Sequence record: NC_061450.1
DNA: 64,000 nt
Direction: 5' to 3' (one strand)
Below, one piece after another: positions 45,972-56,405 of the stretch (position 1 is the stretch's first letter; each line of letters starts with the position of its first letter). The notes under the pieces were generated by a model, which saw only the letters and a list, made by a program, of their open reading frames with translations, was not told where the DNA came from and made no database searches. Both the position numbers and the translations under genes were made by a program.

Positions 45972-46595
45972 TTAGTTGAACGTCAGAATCAAGTTACTGA
46001 TATTCAATGCTTTACTCTGATCATTTGTATTTGCAGCGTTCGAGAACACTTTACCGCCCAAAATACGCAAGTCAGCACTGGAAGTTTCATCCCCTACAGT
46101 ACCCAAACAACCAAACACGATGTTTGAGGCATTACCAACCATGGGACTTGAAGTGCCCTGAGCGATAACAGACGATGCGGCGATAACAAGAGCAAACCAC
46201 GTTGGAGTTCCATCTTGGTTGATAACGGTTAGGCGACTTGTCTGTCCGCTGACGATTGCGATGTTTCCTGCCGAGGCGTTGTTGAGCAACAGTTCAATCT
46301 TGCCCACACCTTGCATCATTCCTTGAGGCGGAGTTCGTCCACTAACACCTCCAAGATAGTCGCTGTCTCGTGCTACCAAAAGGTCTTGGTAGTTTTGATA
46401 AGGCTCTCTGTTGGTAGTGGTAGTGTTGAGGAAGTTAGGGCTGTTCATTGCTGTGTTGAACTCAGTAAACGTAGGCACAGCACCTTTATACAGCAGCACA
46501 GACCAACTGACTGGTGTGGGTCCACCAGCAGTACCCGCAGCGTCGCCTAGACTAGACAACTGTAAGGCAGCTACAACGCCTTTAGTAAACTTCAT
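45972..46595 (-). CDS. virion structural protein, paralogue family
   Basis: LLYKGAVP, GTPTWFALV, GTVG..SSADLRILGG. Confidence 0.65.
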   Translation of the reverse strand: MKFTKGVVAALQLSSLGDAAGTAGGPTPVSWSVLLYKGAVPTFTEFNTAMNSPNFLNTTTTNREPYQNYQDLLVARDSDYLGGVSGRTPPQGMMQGVGKIELLLNNASAGNIAIVSGQTSRLTVINQDGTPTWFALVIAASSVIAQGTSSPMVGNASNIVFGCLGTVGDETSSADLRILGGKVFSNAANTNDQSKALNISNLILTFN

Positions 46596-46596
46596 G

Positions 46597-47487
46597 TTAG
46601 GCTCCTTGCTTAGACGGAGACTTGATTGGAATCAACCAATCTTGGACATTGACGTGTCCGAACTTGCCTGTCTGCGCCACGTCGAGCTTGATATCCTGAC
46701 CTACATCAAGCACAAGTCCCAGATAGTCCATCTTTGATGTATCCATGATGGTGCTGTACGAGGCTGATGTGATGTTGGGAACCAATACGCCGTGTGTAAT
46801 AGGACGAGCGGCAAACTCTGTACCGCGTTCTGCCCAGAACTGCATAACGCAATAGCTGTTGAACGCAGCGCCTGTAGCACGGAATTGCACACGAACATAA
46901 CGACCAGTGAAATCGAACTGATACTCACCGTTGTTAAGTCCTGTCTGAGCCACAGTCCAAGTAACTCCATCCGAACTATAACTGATGGTGCCGTCTGCAC
47001 CCAGCTGGCTACCAGCATAAACAGTCAGGCCACGGAAGCGCAGTGTACGCCCAAAGTCCAACACAGTATAAGTGTTCGGCACGATGGTAGGCATAAAGCT
47101 CGTCTGGTGATCACCAAACATCCCGGCGCGTAATGCCCACTGTTCTGGAGTATAGGCCACAGTGCCCATATCGGCATTAACCTTTTCAGGCACAACCTGC
47201 TGCGTCTGAATCTGTTGGCCATTCACCGTATACGTGCGACGTTGAGCATAACCACCAAGAGGCTGATAGCTACGTCCGCGATAAAACTGACGACGTAAAA
47301 AGTTATCGCTGCCAGTAGTCTGACCTTTGTACAGCATCTGGATGGAGGCAACGCTGGACGCGGCTAGTTCCCGCAACGTCTGAGGCACATCGTCGCTGGA
47401 TCCCGTTCTCAAAAACAACACGGCATTGTTGCTGCCCACATAGTTGTTTAAGAAACGGTACAGAGCAAATTTGTCTGAGATAAACAT
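46597..47487 (-). CDS. virion protein, paralogue family with discoidin (F5/8C)-like insert
   Basis: VLDFGRT, YSSDGVTWT, GRYVRVQF. Confidence 0.65.
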   Translation of the reverse strand: MFISDKFALYRFLNNYVGSNNAVLFLRTGSSDDVPQTLRELAASSVASIQMLYKGQTTGSDNFLRRQFYRGRSYQPLGGYAQRRTYTVNGQQIQTQQVVPEKVNADMGTVAYTPEQWALRAGMFGDHQTSFMPTIVPNTYTVLDFGRTLRFRGLTVYAGSQLGADGTISYSSDGVTWTVAQTGLNNGEYQFDFTGRYVRVQFRATGAAFNSYCVMQFWAERGTEFAARPITHGVLVPNITSASYSTIMDTSKMDYLGLVLDVGQDIKLDVAQTGKFGHVNVQDWLIPIKSPSKQGA

Positions 47488-47496
47488 TGTTGCTCC

Positions 47497-48018
47497 TTAC
47501 AGGCTGATCTGTAGATCAGTCATGCGATAGCTTTGGCCACTAACAATCTGTCCGCCCAAGATGCGAAGTTCAGCATCGGATGTGTCCGCGCCCGCAGTAA
47601 CCAACAACAGATTGTTTACGTTGACGCCGTTAGCAAAGCCCGCCGCATAGTTATCAGCAGTGGCTGCAACAGTTGACTGACGAACGAGGGCGTAGGTAGG
47701 AGTACCTGTTGCAAGTCCCAGCATATTAGCTGTTAGTGAACTAAGACCAACACGCCACACATTTGTCTGTGGGTCATACACAGGCGTTAACTGAGGCAGG
47801 CGCAACACAGCCAGACAGTTGTCCGAAGTCGCACCAATCGCAGGAAACATACTGCTTGCTGTAAACGTGTTGTTGGTACTCAGCAGAGGAACGCTTGCAT
47901 CCAGATCAGGAATAGTACCTTTGAAAATAGCAATGCTGGTGGCGTTTGTGGTGTTGTTAAACATAGCCTGTAGAGTAGCCAAGGCTAAGCAACTGTTTGC
48001 GCCTCTGTTGTTATTCAT
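47497..48018 (-). CDS. virion structural protein, paralogue family (no insert)
   Basis: IAIFKGTIP, GTPTYALV, TAG.DTSDAELRILGG. Confidence 0.65.
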   Translation of the reverse strand: MNNNRGANSCLALATLQAMFNNTTNATSIAIFKGTIPDLDASVPLLSTNNTFTASSMFPAIGATSDNCLAVLRLPQLTPVYDPQTNVWRVGLSSLTANMLGLATGTPTYALVRQSTVAATADNYAAGFANGVNVNNLLLVTAGADTSDAELRILGGQIVSGQSYRMTDLQISL

Positions 48019-49076
48019 ACAGCACTCCCGATAACTGATTTGAACGAAAGGAAGATTGTCGGCGGATTGACTTCAATGCCTGGTGTGAACGACAACACTG
48101 GCATGAACACGTCTTGAGTACCCGCTTGCGCCAAGTCTTTGGTCACACTGAATCCGTACTGAGCACTTGTCGCACTGTAGTTAACAGAAGACATTCCCTC
48201 TGAGGTAGAGAAGGCTGCGCCAGCATTTGTACCACCGCCAACAAGAACCATGTGACCAATCTCAGGAACTGCACGGAAGTCTGTGCCTGATGCATACTGA
48301 CCATAGAAGTTGAGACTGAACTGAACCCAACCAAAAGCAGGACTTGCTTGGTTGCCTGGGCCTTTCTTGTTTACGATACGGAACTTCTGAGCAGTTACAG
48401 CAGCAGGCAGAATATAGACTTTCTCTGCGGTGCTTGACACTGTTGTCAGATTGTCCGTACACGAGGCTACGTCAGTCCAGACACTGCCGATAAGAGCCTG
48501 TACCCAGTTATCGTTATTGGATTTGACGGACGGGAACACGTTGTAGTTGTTGCTGTTAAGCTGAGTAAGGGCAGCCAAAGAAGTAACTGTAACGGCCGCA
48601 CCGAAGTCATACTGAGCGACAATACCCCAGCCTTCGTCTGACACATAGGTATCAGCAGGCTTCATGTACAGCGAAGCCGAGGGATAGTAACCAACGTCAG
48701 CCCTGTGCCACATGATAGTATTGTGCAGCCAATCTCCGTAGTCTTTCAGCAACGGGAGGTTAGCAGGAATACGAGGAATACGTCCACTAAAACGCACATC
48801 AGGAAACAGGCGACGACGCCCATCTGACAACACATAACTTGTCTGAGCAGGATAAGTTGCACCACACACGTTTGCTGTAGTGCGGTCCTGAGGCAAGTAT
48901 ACAAAGCTGCCGGCAGGCTGTGCGGCAATGGTACGATAATACCATTTGGTGGTCAGCGCTTTGTTGAAGAGATCTTGCATTGTGTACGCAAGAGGATTGG
49001 GCAGAGGTCCATCAACAAACATGGCTTGATAGTAACGTGCTGTGGCCTGCGCAATATTGAGCGGAAGAATCTTCAT
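48015..49076 (-). CDS. virion protein, paralogue family with discoidin-like insert
   Basis: QYDFGAAVTVTSL, SVWTDV, AQKFRIV. Confidence 0.6.
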   Translation of the reverse strand: MKILPLNIAQATARYYQAMFVDGPLPNPLAYTMQDLFNKALTTKWYYRTIAAQPAGSFVYLPQDRTTANVCGATYPAQTSYVLSDGRRRLFPDVRFSGRIPRIPANLPLLKDYGDWLHNTIMWHRADVGYYPSASLYMKPADTYVSDEGWGIVAQYDFGAAVTVTSLAALTQLNSNNYNVFPSVKSNNDNWVQALIGSVWTDVASCTDNLTTVSSTAEKVYILPAAVTAQKFRIVNKKGPGNQASPAFGWVQFSLNFYGQYASGTDFRAVPEIGHMVLVGGGTNAGAAFSTSEGMSSVNYSATSAQYGFSVTKDLAQAGTQDVFMPVLSFTPGIEVNPPTIFLSFKSVIGSAV

Positions 49077-49087
49077 GATTACCCCAG

Positions 49088-49660
49088 TTATTTCAAAATG
49101 ATGCTGTTAAGAATCAGAGGACTATTCAACGTTCCGTTACCTGACCCATCGATGGTAATATCTGCGCCCATGGCTTTCAGATCAGCTGGCGTAAGTTCCA
49201 GCCAACTCTGCACTGCCGACGATGCAGCTAACGTACCTGATGCGTTGGTCAGTGCAATATACATGCGGTTAAACGCCGATGCATAAGTGAAGTAACCAAG
49301 GAAGTTATCAGGGAAATCAAGAACGCGCTGTCCTTCTTGGAACAAGATGCGAATCTGTCCAACAGATGCATAGGTTGAGGCCAGTACAACGTCAGTACGT
49401 CCATTGCTAGACAGCCAAGAACGTACAGCAGTTAGACTAATAGCACTCGACTGAATAGCCATCCAGTTGTCGTCGCTGATAATACCGCCAGACGAAAACA
49501 CAACACCACCAGCACGGTCAAACGATGTTGGGCCCTGCATAGGATAGTTGCCGTCAAGAGCGCCAAGCTGAGGACTCCACAAGGCATCAGATGCCAGATT
49601 CGGATACCGACCATTAGGGCGTTGACGGATATTTTGTAATGCTTTGCTGATATACATCAC
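49088..49660 (-). CDS. putative virion protein
   Basis: 190 aa inside structural array, coupled starts. Confidence 0.55.
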   Translation of the reverse strand: MMYISKALQNIRQRPNGRYPNLASDALWSPQLGALDGNYPMQGPTSFDRAGGVVFSSGGIISDDNWMAIQSSAISLTAVRSWLSSNGRTDVVLASTYASVGQIRILFQEGQRVLDFPDNFLGYFTYASAFNRMYIALTNASGTLAASSAVQSWLELTPADLKAMGADITIDGSGNGTLNSPLILNSIILK

Positions 49661-50553
49661 ACGCTCCTTGGCAAGAATCGAATTTTAGGACAGTAGATGA
49701 TGTTTGCCTTGTTGCCTGCAAATGGACCAACTACTTGGAAAGGACCCATGTCACCAACAGTATCTGCAATAAACATCAGGTCGTCTGTGGCTTCAAAGCT
49801 ACCATGAACAAACGTGTTAACATGAGCAAACACGGCCCACGTAGGCAGAGTAAGTTCAGTTGCTGTTGGTTGCTCTGTATCACTCAGCATCGCGAAAGGC
49901 GCGTGTGCTGTGTTGGCCAGATACTTGAGCTTGAACACCTTACTGGTCTGTGGGTTTGAGAAGGCAAATACGGAGGTGTCAGCAGCCAGAGCTGTGGCAG
50001 TACCCAGAGAAGTCTCAGTACCATTATCAGCCACAGCAACCCACGTACCGTTTACCGTATCAGTGCCATATCTCTTGTAGTGGCTGAAACGAACCGCTGT
50101 GTCAAACTCAATAACAAAGTCCTCAGCGCCTACCGTAGTCATGTAATCCCCGCCAGCACTTGGCGTACACATCAAACGACTAATGGCTCGGTCTGTTGAT
50201 GCAGTACGACGAATCCTGTTGGGAAGAATCTGGCTAAGACTGACGCTGCCTACTGTTCCCCAAAGACTCACACCTTTCGGCACATAGGGCGCTCTTGGTC
50301 TGAGGTTGAGAATCGTGCCGTTAGACACACTCAGCAAAGGCTGTCGCACAATGCCCAGACTCTTGTTGAACAGGTCAGCAATCGACTTCTGGTTAAATGC
50401 CGCAGCCATCTGACTGTCTGTTGTAGGCACTGTGCCACTCATTAAGAACAAGGCCCAACCACCAGCATGGGCAGGGTCATCCCAGCCTGTAGTTCCTTGA
50501 ATGCTTGTGCCATACACCGCTTGCGCCATGATTGCGCTATTGATAAGTTTCAT
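49657..50553 (-). CDS. virion protein, paralogue family with beta-sandwich insert
   Basis: LFLMSGTVP, IEFDTAVRF, PTWAVF, DTVG. Confidence 0.6.
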   Translation of the reverse strand: MKLINSAIMAQAVYGTSIQGTTGWDDPAHAGGWALFLMSGTVPTTDSQMAAAFNQKSIADLFNKSLGIVRQPLLSVSNGTILNLRPRAPYVPKGVSLWGTVGSVSLSQILPNRIRRTASTDRAISRLMCTPSAGGDYMTTVGAEDFVIEFDTAVRFSHYKRYGTDTVNGTWVAVADNGTETSLGTATALAADTSVFAFSNPQTSKVFKLKYLANTAHAPFAMLSDTEQPTATELTLPTWAVFAHVNTFVHGSFEATDDLMFIADTVGDMGPFQVVGPFAGNKANIIYCPKIRFLPRSV

Positions 50554-50954
50554 CAGCCCACCACTGGAGTTGTTGAGTTGTTAGTGGCGTTCGTATCATT
50601 CAGGTCGAACGTGGTGATGTTGATGCGAACAACAGGGTTGTCCTGTGCTGGGTACTGTGCAAGACTTGTTGTAGCCACACCGTAGTTACCAGCAATCCTT
50701 CCTGCCCACTGTTCAGCAGCGCCAATTGCAGCCGCATCAAATGCACGAGGCATGAAGCCAGTCTTGATTTCATTTGGATAAGCAACAGCAAGAGCTTTTG
50801 TCGTGTTGTTGGTCGCCAGAGTCATAACAAACTGAGTCTGGGTACCTGGCACGGCAGTAAACGCAGCACCCTGTGAACGTGTTTCAAAATCACTGAATAC
50901 AAAGGTATTATCTTTGAAGTAATCAGGATCGTAGGTGGCGACTATTACGATCAT
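50553..50954 (-). CDS. putative virion protein
   Basis: 133 aa, coupled to neighbours. Confidence 0.55.
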   Translation of the reverse strand: MIVIVATYDPDYFKDNTFVFSDFETRSQGAAFTAVPGTQTQFVMTLATNNTTKALAVAYPNEIKTGFMPRAFDAAAIGAAEQWAGRIAGNYGVATTSLAQYPAQDNPVVRINITTFDLNDTNATNNSTTPVVG

Positions 50955-52012
50955 AAGAACACCCCCTGACGCACACGAATGTTGTCCATGTAAGGTTTGA
51001 CTGTGGCATCATAGGCACCGCTTGTGCCGATATAGGCAGTAGTGATACCAGGCTTGATGTTGACATAGGTAAAACTGTCCACAAGACTGCCATTGATGAA
51101 TACACGGTGCAAGTTGGTAGTTGCATCGTACACATACTTGACAGCGACAAACGTTGTGGATTTCAAGGCATTGAACGTTGCAATAGGACGTGATACTTTT
51201 GCATTCGCTGCCTGATTCCAGATTGCCAACTGATTCTGCGCTGGCTCCAAGCCAATCGCCCAGCGTACCGTATTGCTTGAGTAAAGCTGGAAGAAGGCAA
51301 TGTCAGCAAACTTGGTAGTCGCTTCTTGGCGGTACTTAAAGTCCAGAGTGAATGACTGTGCTACATCAACAGGAACAATCAGTGACACAGGAGTGCCGTT
51401 TTGTACCATGCCAATGCCGTTTGTTGTATCGTTGGTAACACTGGCATTCACGGTCACAGTATTGTAGGCATAGTCAATGAAACTTGCTGCGCGGAATACA
51501 GTGCTATCGATTGCCGCAAGTTCATTACCGACCAACCAAGGAGCAAACGCGCCTAGTGTAGGCAAGGCTATATCAAACGCCGGACAGTATACAATGCTGC
51601 CTACAGAGGTAACATCGATAACTGTGTTTGAGTTTGGATATAACAGGTTAATGTCCACGCCAATCTCAAGCGCCAGAGGAATGATGCCTCCGAGAATGAT
51701 GTGTGTAGGCTTGCCCTGTGCTGTTGCTGTGATATTGAGTTCCGAAATACTCAACACGTTGTTCGCAATAGTGCGCGTACAGTCAGTGCTTGAACCCAAC
51801 AACGTACCAATGCCCAGCGAGTTCATACGGCTCAAATCAAAGGTATATCCGGCTGCCGTTGCTGTGTGGAAGTTCAGACATTGGTTCAAATCTTTTGTTG
51901 TCTTGCCGCTTGCTAAGGCGATAAGCGATACTGTTTTGGTATCGTATTTGGTTGCACCAAACAGTCGCGTTAGTTGGCTGGCTACGGGTGAAGAAAACAG
52001 TTTCAATTGCAT
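50951..52012 (-). CDS. virion protein with C-terminal LamG/concanavalin A-like domain
   Basis: SFTLDFKY, HRVFINGSLV, YIG, YMDNIRV. Confidence 0.7.
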   Translation of the reverse strand: MQLKLFSSPVASQLTRLFGATKYDTKTVSLIALASGKTTKDLNQCLNFHTATAAGYTFDLSRMNSLGIGTLLGSSTDCTRTIANNVLSISELNITATAQGKPTHIILGGIIPLALEIGVDINLLYPNSNTVIDVTSVGSIVYCPAFDIALPTLGAFAPWLVGNELAAIDSTVFRAASFIDYAYNTVTVNASVTNDTTNGIGMVQNGTPVSLIVPVDVAQSFTLDFKYRQEATTKFADIAFFQLYSSNTVRWAIGLEPAQNQLAIWNQAANAKVSRPIATFNALKSTTFVAVKYVYDATTNLHRVFINGSLVDSFTYVNIKPGITTAYIGTSGAYDATVKPYMDNIRVRQGVFL

Positions 52013-52980
52013 TACGCGATCTCCGTAGCTGTTCTGACTTGGCTTACTGTTGGATACTCACCCACGCCTAAAGTCAGCTTTTGCAATTCGATAATATTAC
52101 CACTGCCTGTAGCGCCCACCAGCGTAGCAAAGAACTGCACATCACCTGAGCCTGCTGCCAGCGAACCGAAGTCAGTATCGGTAATAGCGACTAATGCCCA
52201 TTTGAGGGTAACGCTCTTTGTAGCTGGGTTGGTGTTGCCTTGTGTAGCAGGCAAGCCACGGCGTGCTGTACCAACAGCTTGGCTGACTCTGAATCGAGTG
52301 GCTGCTGGTGGAGGACTTGCAATAACATTACCCTCTTGGTTAGCTGCGATAGACCAAGCAACAGCGGTACCCAGAGTGGTTGTCATGCCACTAGCGTCTT
52401 GGGCTGTCACAGGCTGAACGTTGCCGCTAACGGCTGCACTCAGGTCAGAGCCAGGAGCAACAAAAGCATTGATGGTGACGGCTGCATCAAACTCAACGTC
52501 GGCAGCACTAACACTCATCAGAGGTTGCTGCTGGGTGTCAAGCGGAAAGCCTGGGTATTGCTGTGGACGACGTGTTGTGTTACCCAACAGACGACGATTG
52601 CCAGTAGGCGCATTAGTAGCATAGCCAGTTGGAATATCAGTGCCTGTTGCAGTATATCCGATGGGTTGGATATCACGCGGGTAATGCAAAGTCACACCCA
52701 TCTGAGGTTTATACACGCTGCCACTGATAGCTTTAAACCCAACCGACTGGTCAAGCAACAGCGTTAAGCCTTCTGTTTCAGGACGCAAACGAATCTCACA
52801 GGCACCGGCGGAACGACGCAGCAACTGACGCATGTCCAGCACATAGTTAGCCCAGTTTGCAGGCATGTCTTCTGAGAAAAAGAAGCACTGCGCTATGATG
52901 CCGTTAGACGCACCAGCAGCCCAACCAGAGGCAAGCTGTGCAACACTGAACGGCAGTAAGTTGTGACCTAGAATGCGCAT
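52012..52980 (-). CDS. virion protein, paralogue family with beta-sandwich insert
   Basis: CFFFSEDMP, VEFDAAVTI, LKWALV, LVGATGSG. Confidence 0.6.
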   Translation of the reverse strand: MRILGHNLLPFSVAQLASGWAAGASNGIIAQCFFFSEDMPANWANYVLDMRQLLRRSAGACEIRLRPETEGLTLLLDQSVGFKAISGSVYKPQMGVTLHYPRDIQPIGYTATGTDIPTGYATNAPTGNRRLLGNTTRRPQQYPGFPLDTQQQPLMSVSAADVEFDAAVTINAFVAPGSDLSAAVSGNVQPVTAQDASGMTTTLGTAVAWSIAANQEGNVIASPPPAATRFRVSQAVGTARRGLPATQGNTNPATKSVTLKWALVAITDTDFGSLAAGSGDVQFFATLVGATGSGNIIELQKLTLGVGEYPTVSQVRTATEIA

Positions 52981-53474
52981 TAGAACTCCTTGCTGTCACG
53001 TACAACGGAAGCCAAGAAGCGTCCGTTCTTAAGGTTGGCAGCAGTCAGGATCAAGTCAGCACCTGAACCAGCAGCACCGATGGTCAGCACAAGAAAGCCA
53101 CCGTACGGCGTTGATGAAATGCTTTTGTTGAACACGATTACGTTGTATGCAGCCAAGAGGTCTGAGATAGAGCCTGCCCATGTACCACGCAACGTAGCCA
53201 TCAGTTTAAACTTCAACTTGTTGCCTGATGCATGAATCCATCTGACAGGGCTTGAGGTGTTTGATACAAGATCAAGACTTGCTGTAGCACCGATAGCTGC
53301 AAGCTCTGTGCCTGCACTAACAACAATGTTGGCCGGGTCTGGTACCTTAGCGAGACACACAGTAAGCTGCATGTTGTCCAGTCCGTATTTTAATGGCGGA
53401 TCTGTTGCATCACGTTTACCCTCATCAGGAATGGTAATCCCATTCTGCACAAGGGGAAAAGAAATGATTTCCAT
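52980..53474 (-). CDS. virion structural protein, paralogue family
   Basis: ATG 53474 with CAGGAG RBS; TIGAAGSGADLIL. Confidence 0.6.
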   Translation of the reverse strand: MEIISFPLVQNGITIPDEGKRDATDPPLKYGLDNMQLTVCLAKVPDPANIVVSAGTELAAIGATASLDLVSNTSSPVRWIHASGNKLKFKLMATLRGTWAGSISDLLAAYNVIVFNKSISSTPYGGFLVLTIGAAGSGADLILTAANLKNGRFLASVVRDSKEF

Positions 53475-53514
53475 TGTTCTTCTCCTGGTTGAATCTTGCG
53501 TAAAAATTACTGTG

Positions 53515-54579
53515 TTACACAGATACGATAGGGTTGACAGGCACGTACTGAGGTATACTGGACTGGACTTGTGGAATCTGCGTAGGTCCAACAGTACCGG
53601 TCTGAGTCAAGTCCGTACCAAAGCTCATCAGTTGAAGCACAACGATATTGTCAGGTCGCGTAACCGGCATCAATGCCCAGGAGAATGCATAGTTTGCCGT
53701 GTCTGCCTGAGTGCCTTTGCCGTAGAAGCTGCCATCGTTTGATGTGGCAAAATCACTCGTCAATGGAGTTTGAGTGTAGTTATAAACCCAACCACCGCCT
53801 GAGAAGTATCGTGTGCCAGCACTGGACCATCTAAGACCAAACACAACACGGGGACCTGCAATGCCACCAGCAGATACAACACTCTGCTCAGCACCTGAGG
53901 CCGCATTGGTCAGCGTTGATGTGTTCGACGAGTACACTCTAGAGAAGTCTGAGGCACTCTGCGAATTGACAAAGAAGTTATTGAAGTACGTGTTGGTTCT
54001 GTTTTCGTAGTTACCAATAGTGCCTATGTTACCACTTGACGCCGTTGATGCTGTGTATGCTTCGCTGCCTGTGTTGAACACGGCGCTGGTGGTCAAGGTA
54101 CCTTCAAAAGCTGGCAGTAACATTACGGGAGTGCCTAGCTGAGGACTGTTTGGTGTTTCATAGGCTGTCTTGAAGTCAAACACGCTGCCTGTATCCGTGC
54201 TAAAAATGTTAGAGATACGAGGAGCACCTGCACTATAGAACTTTTTAAACACGTCTATCTGGCTTAAAGTAAATCCAGAAGTACCGAGATAGGAGCTGTC
54301 ACCGCCTGAAACACCTTTGTCCCAATCGTAACGCAAACGGCCTATGATGGTGTGGTAATACTTGTTGGACTTCCATCCAGCAGCACGCGTACACAGCAGG
54401 TTGTTGTTCGAGTCCTTTGAATGACTGTAGCTTCGCGCACGGTCAATCTTGTCCATAAGATCTTTTAACGAAGTAGAGGCTGTTGGTTTTGTTACGTCAG
54501 AACTGAACAAAAACATGTGACTACGCGCCTTATCGTAGGCATCATTCAGACCAACAGCACCTTGTGAAATGAATTGCAT
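53515..54579 (-). CDS. putative virion protein (Ser/Thr/Gly-rich)
   Basis: ATG 54579 with AGGAG RBS; MFLFSSD, FSWALMP. Confidence 0.6.
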   Translation of the reverse strand: MQFISQGAVGLNDAYDKARSHMFLFSSDVTKPTASTSLKDLMDKIDRARSYSHSKDSNNNLLCTRAAGWKSNKYYHTIIGRLRYDWDKGVSGGDSSYLGTSGFTLSQIDVFKKFYSAGAPRISNIFSTDTGSVFDFKTAYETPNSPQLGTPVMLLPAFEGTLTTSAVFNTGSEAYTASTASSGNIGTIGNYENRTNTYFNNFFVNSQSASDFSRVYSSNTSTLTNAASGAEQSVVSAGGIAGPRVVFGLRWSSAGTRYFSGGGWVYNYTQTPLTSDFATSNDGSFYGKGTQADTANYAFSWALMPVTRPDNIVVLQLMSFGTDLTQTGTVGPTQIPQVQSSIPQYVPVNPIVSV

Positions 54580-54587
54580 AGAATCTC

Positions 54588-55526
54588 CTACAGCGTGAAC
54601 GTTCTTTGTGCCGAAACGATCTGAGGCAGTGCTGCGATTGTTCCGCTGCAAGGCTGTCCAGGAGTTGTCGCGGGAAAAGAGAAGTCCGCAGATGCCAGTT
54701 TCACCACAAGCAAGTTACTGCCGTTAGCAATCAATATCAGGCCTTTAGCCAAGACGATATCTGATTCAGGCGTCAGCGTTGCTTGATAGTAAGGCACGTT
54801 TGGGTCTGATGCAGTAACTTTTATCGCAGGTCCCGCCCGGGTATCGCCAGACAGATACGCAGACCAGTTGAAGCCAACCTGATCAGCAGCCAATGCTTGG
54901 GTCATTACTAAGTAAAGGCCAACACGGGACGTGCTTGAATCCCACGAGATCAGCGTGCGGCTCGTCAGGGCTGTAGCTGTGGACGTGCGGATATCTTGCC
55001 TTGTTTGTCCGATGCTGCCACTACGTTGGGTACCAGCACTGGCTATATAGCTAGTCGTATCGGCAAACGTGTAGCTTACTTGTCCAACTGTGTTCTGCCC
55101 TACTTTGGTAGGACTCAAACAGGACATACCCTGCACATAGTTACCGCCAGGACTTGGAAACACCTCTTGACTGACAGGACCTGCAACAGGAGGGTCAATA
55201 CTTGCCGCGTTGGCAGTACGCCGTCCCGTGCCTAGAGAAGTAGGCAGAAATGTATCAACAAACTTTTGAGTAGAACTGAAATCAAAAGGACCGCCAGAGC
55301 ATCCAATGCGAGTAAGGTACAAACGCTGGGATGAACCAACAGTGGTCACTCCCATCATTTCGTGCATGGTAGCCTGATCGCCACTGAGAGATCGTGGTGT
55401 GGTACGCACATTTCTCAACACCTGAATCAATCCATCAACTGTTGTGAAATCAGTGTTGGCCGCAGCGTCAAAGAAATAGCTGTACTTTCTGAACTCGGTT
55501 TCGCCTGGTGGGATAATGAGTTGCAT
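54588..55526 (-). CDS. putative virion protein
   Basis: RBS CAGGAG; Thr/Ser/Gly-rich. Confidence 0.6.
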   Translation of the reverse strand: MQLIIPPGETEFRKYSYFFDAAANTDFTTVDGLIQVLRNVRTTPRSLSGDQATMHEMMGVTTVGSSQRLYLTRIGCSGGPFDFSSTQKFVDTFLPTSLGTGRRTANAASIDPPVAGPVSQEVFPSPGGNYVQGMSCLSPTKVGQNTVGQVSYTFADTTSYIASAGTQRSGSIGQTRQDIRTSTATALTSRTLISWDSSTSRVGLYLVMTQALAADQVGFNWSAYLSGDTRAGPAIKVTASDPNVPYYQATLTPESDIVLAKGLILIANGSNLLVVKLASADFSFPATTPGQPCSGTIAALPQIVSAQRTFTL

Positions 55527-55579
55527 ATGTGCTCCTGAAAACGGAATTGGGCGGACACCTTGCGATGCCCACCCACAAA

Positions 55580-56161
55580 CTATACCAGCAAACGTCCAGC
55601 AATTGTTGCAGCAATACCTGCGATAGTTGAATCCACTGTGGAAGGTGCGGTGATTTTTAACTTATCACCAGCCACAAGGATAATCTCTTTATCGACATAG
55701 GCAGGCTCAGCAGCAAATGTTGCCACCTTACCATTAGCAGCAAAGGTGAACGTGCCGATCTTAACAGTAGTTCCGGAGGCGGCATCAACAACACGAATAT
55801 CAAATACAGTCGCAGCGGTTGCAGCAACATCTGCAATGGCCATCGAGCCTGTAAAATTCTTGGCAATAGCAGTTGAACGCACGCTGAGATAAGCGGCCAC
55901 TTCGGCGCTCGCAGCATAACGCTTCAACAGGCTTACGCCAACGTCATAAGGGTTCACAGACTGTAGCTGGGATACCCACTTGGCACGGCTGGTGGAGTAG
56001 ACATACAGACCAGGCAAGTTAGTATTGAACAACTTGGTCAGATACCACACCTGTCCGTTAGTAGGACTTGCTGGGAACTGCTCACCGCTTGTAGTAGGGT
56101 CGCCGGGAGCACGTAAGATTTGTGCTTTTGGGCCAACGAGTTCGATACCAAAAGAATACAT
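55580..56161 (-). CDS. tail-fibre-associated beta protein
   Basis: FPASPTNGQVWY..GLYVY..W segment plus GDKLKITAP domain. Confidence 0.55.
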   Translation of the reverse strand: MYSFGIELVGPKAQILRAPGDPTTSGEQFPASPTNGQVWYLTKLFNTNLPGLYVYSTSRAKWVSQLQSVNPYDVGVSLLKRYAASAEVAAYLSVRSTAIAKNFTGSMAIADVAATAATVFDIRVVDAASGTTVKIGTFTFAANGKVATFAAEPAYVDKEIILVAGDKLKITAPSTVDSTIAGIAATIAGRLLV

Positions 56162-56173
56162 AACGGGCTCCTA

Positions 56174-56395
56174 TTAGGCCACACGCGCTTCGCCAGTTAC
56201 TGCGTACGGGAATTTAACTTGAAGGTTGTTGCTGTCAACGATAACAACATCACCAGGCAGTACCTGATGCAGCTTACCGTCTGGCATATTCACGCACACA
56301 GTCACACCTACAGGGCGTCCGCAGTTGTGATTGATATTCCACGTATCAGAAGCCACGCTTTGTTTAAACGTTCTTCCACTTGTCATGTTAAGCAT
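56174..56395 (-). CDS. single HNxG-repeat structural module
   Basis: FKQSVASDTWNINHNCG...DSNNLQVKF...TGEA. Confidence 0.65.
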   Translation of the reverse strand: MLNMTSGRTFKQSVASDTWNINHNCGRPVGVTVCVNMPDGKLHQVLPGDVVIVDSNNLQVKFPYAVTGEARVA

Positions 56396-56405
56396 GGGTC
56401 ACCTC

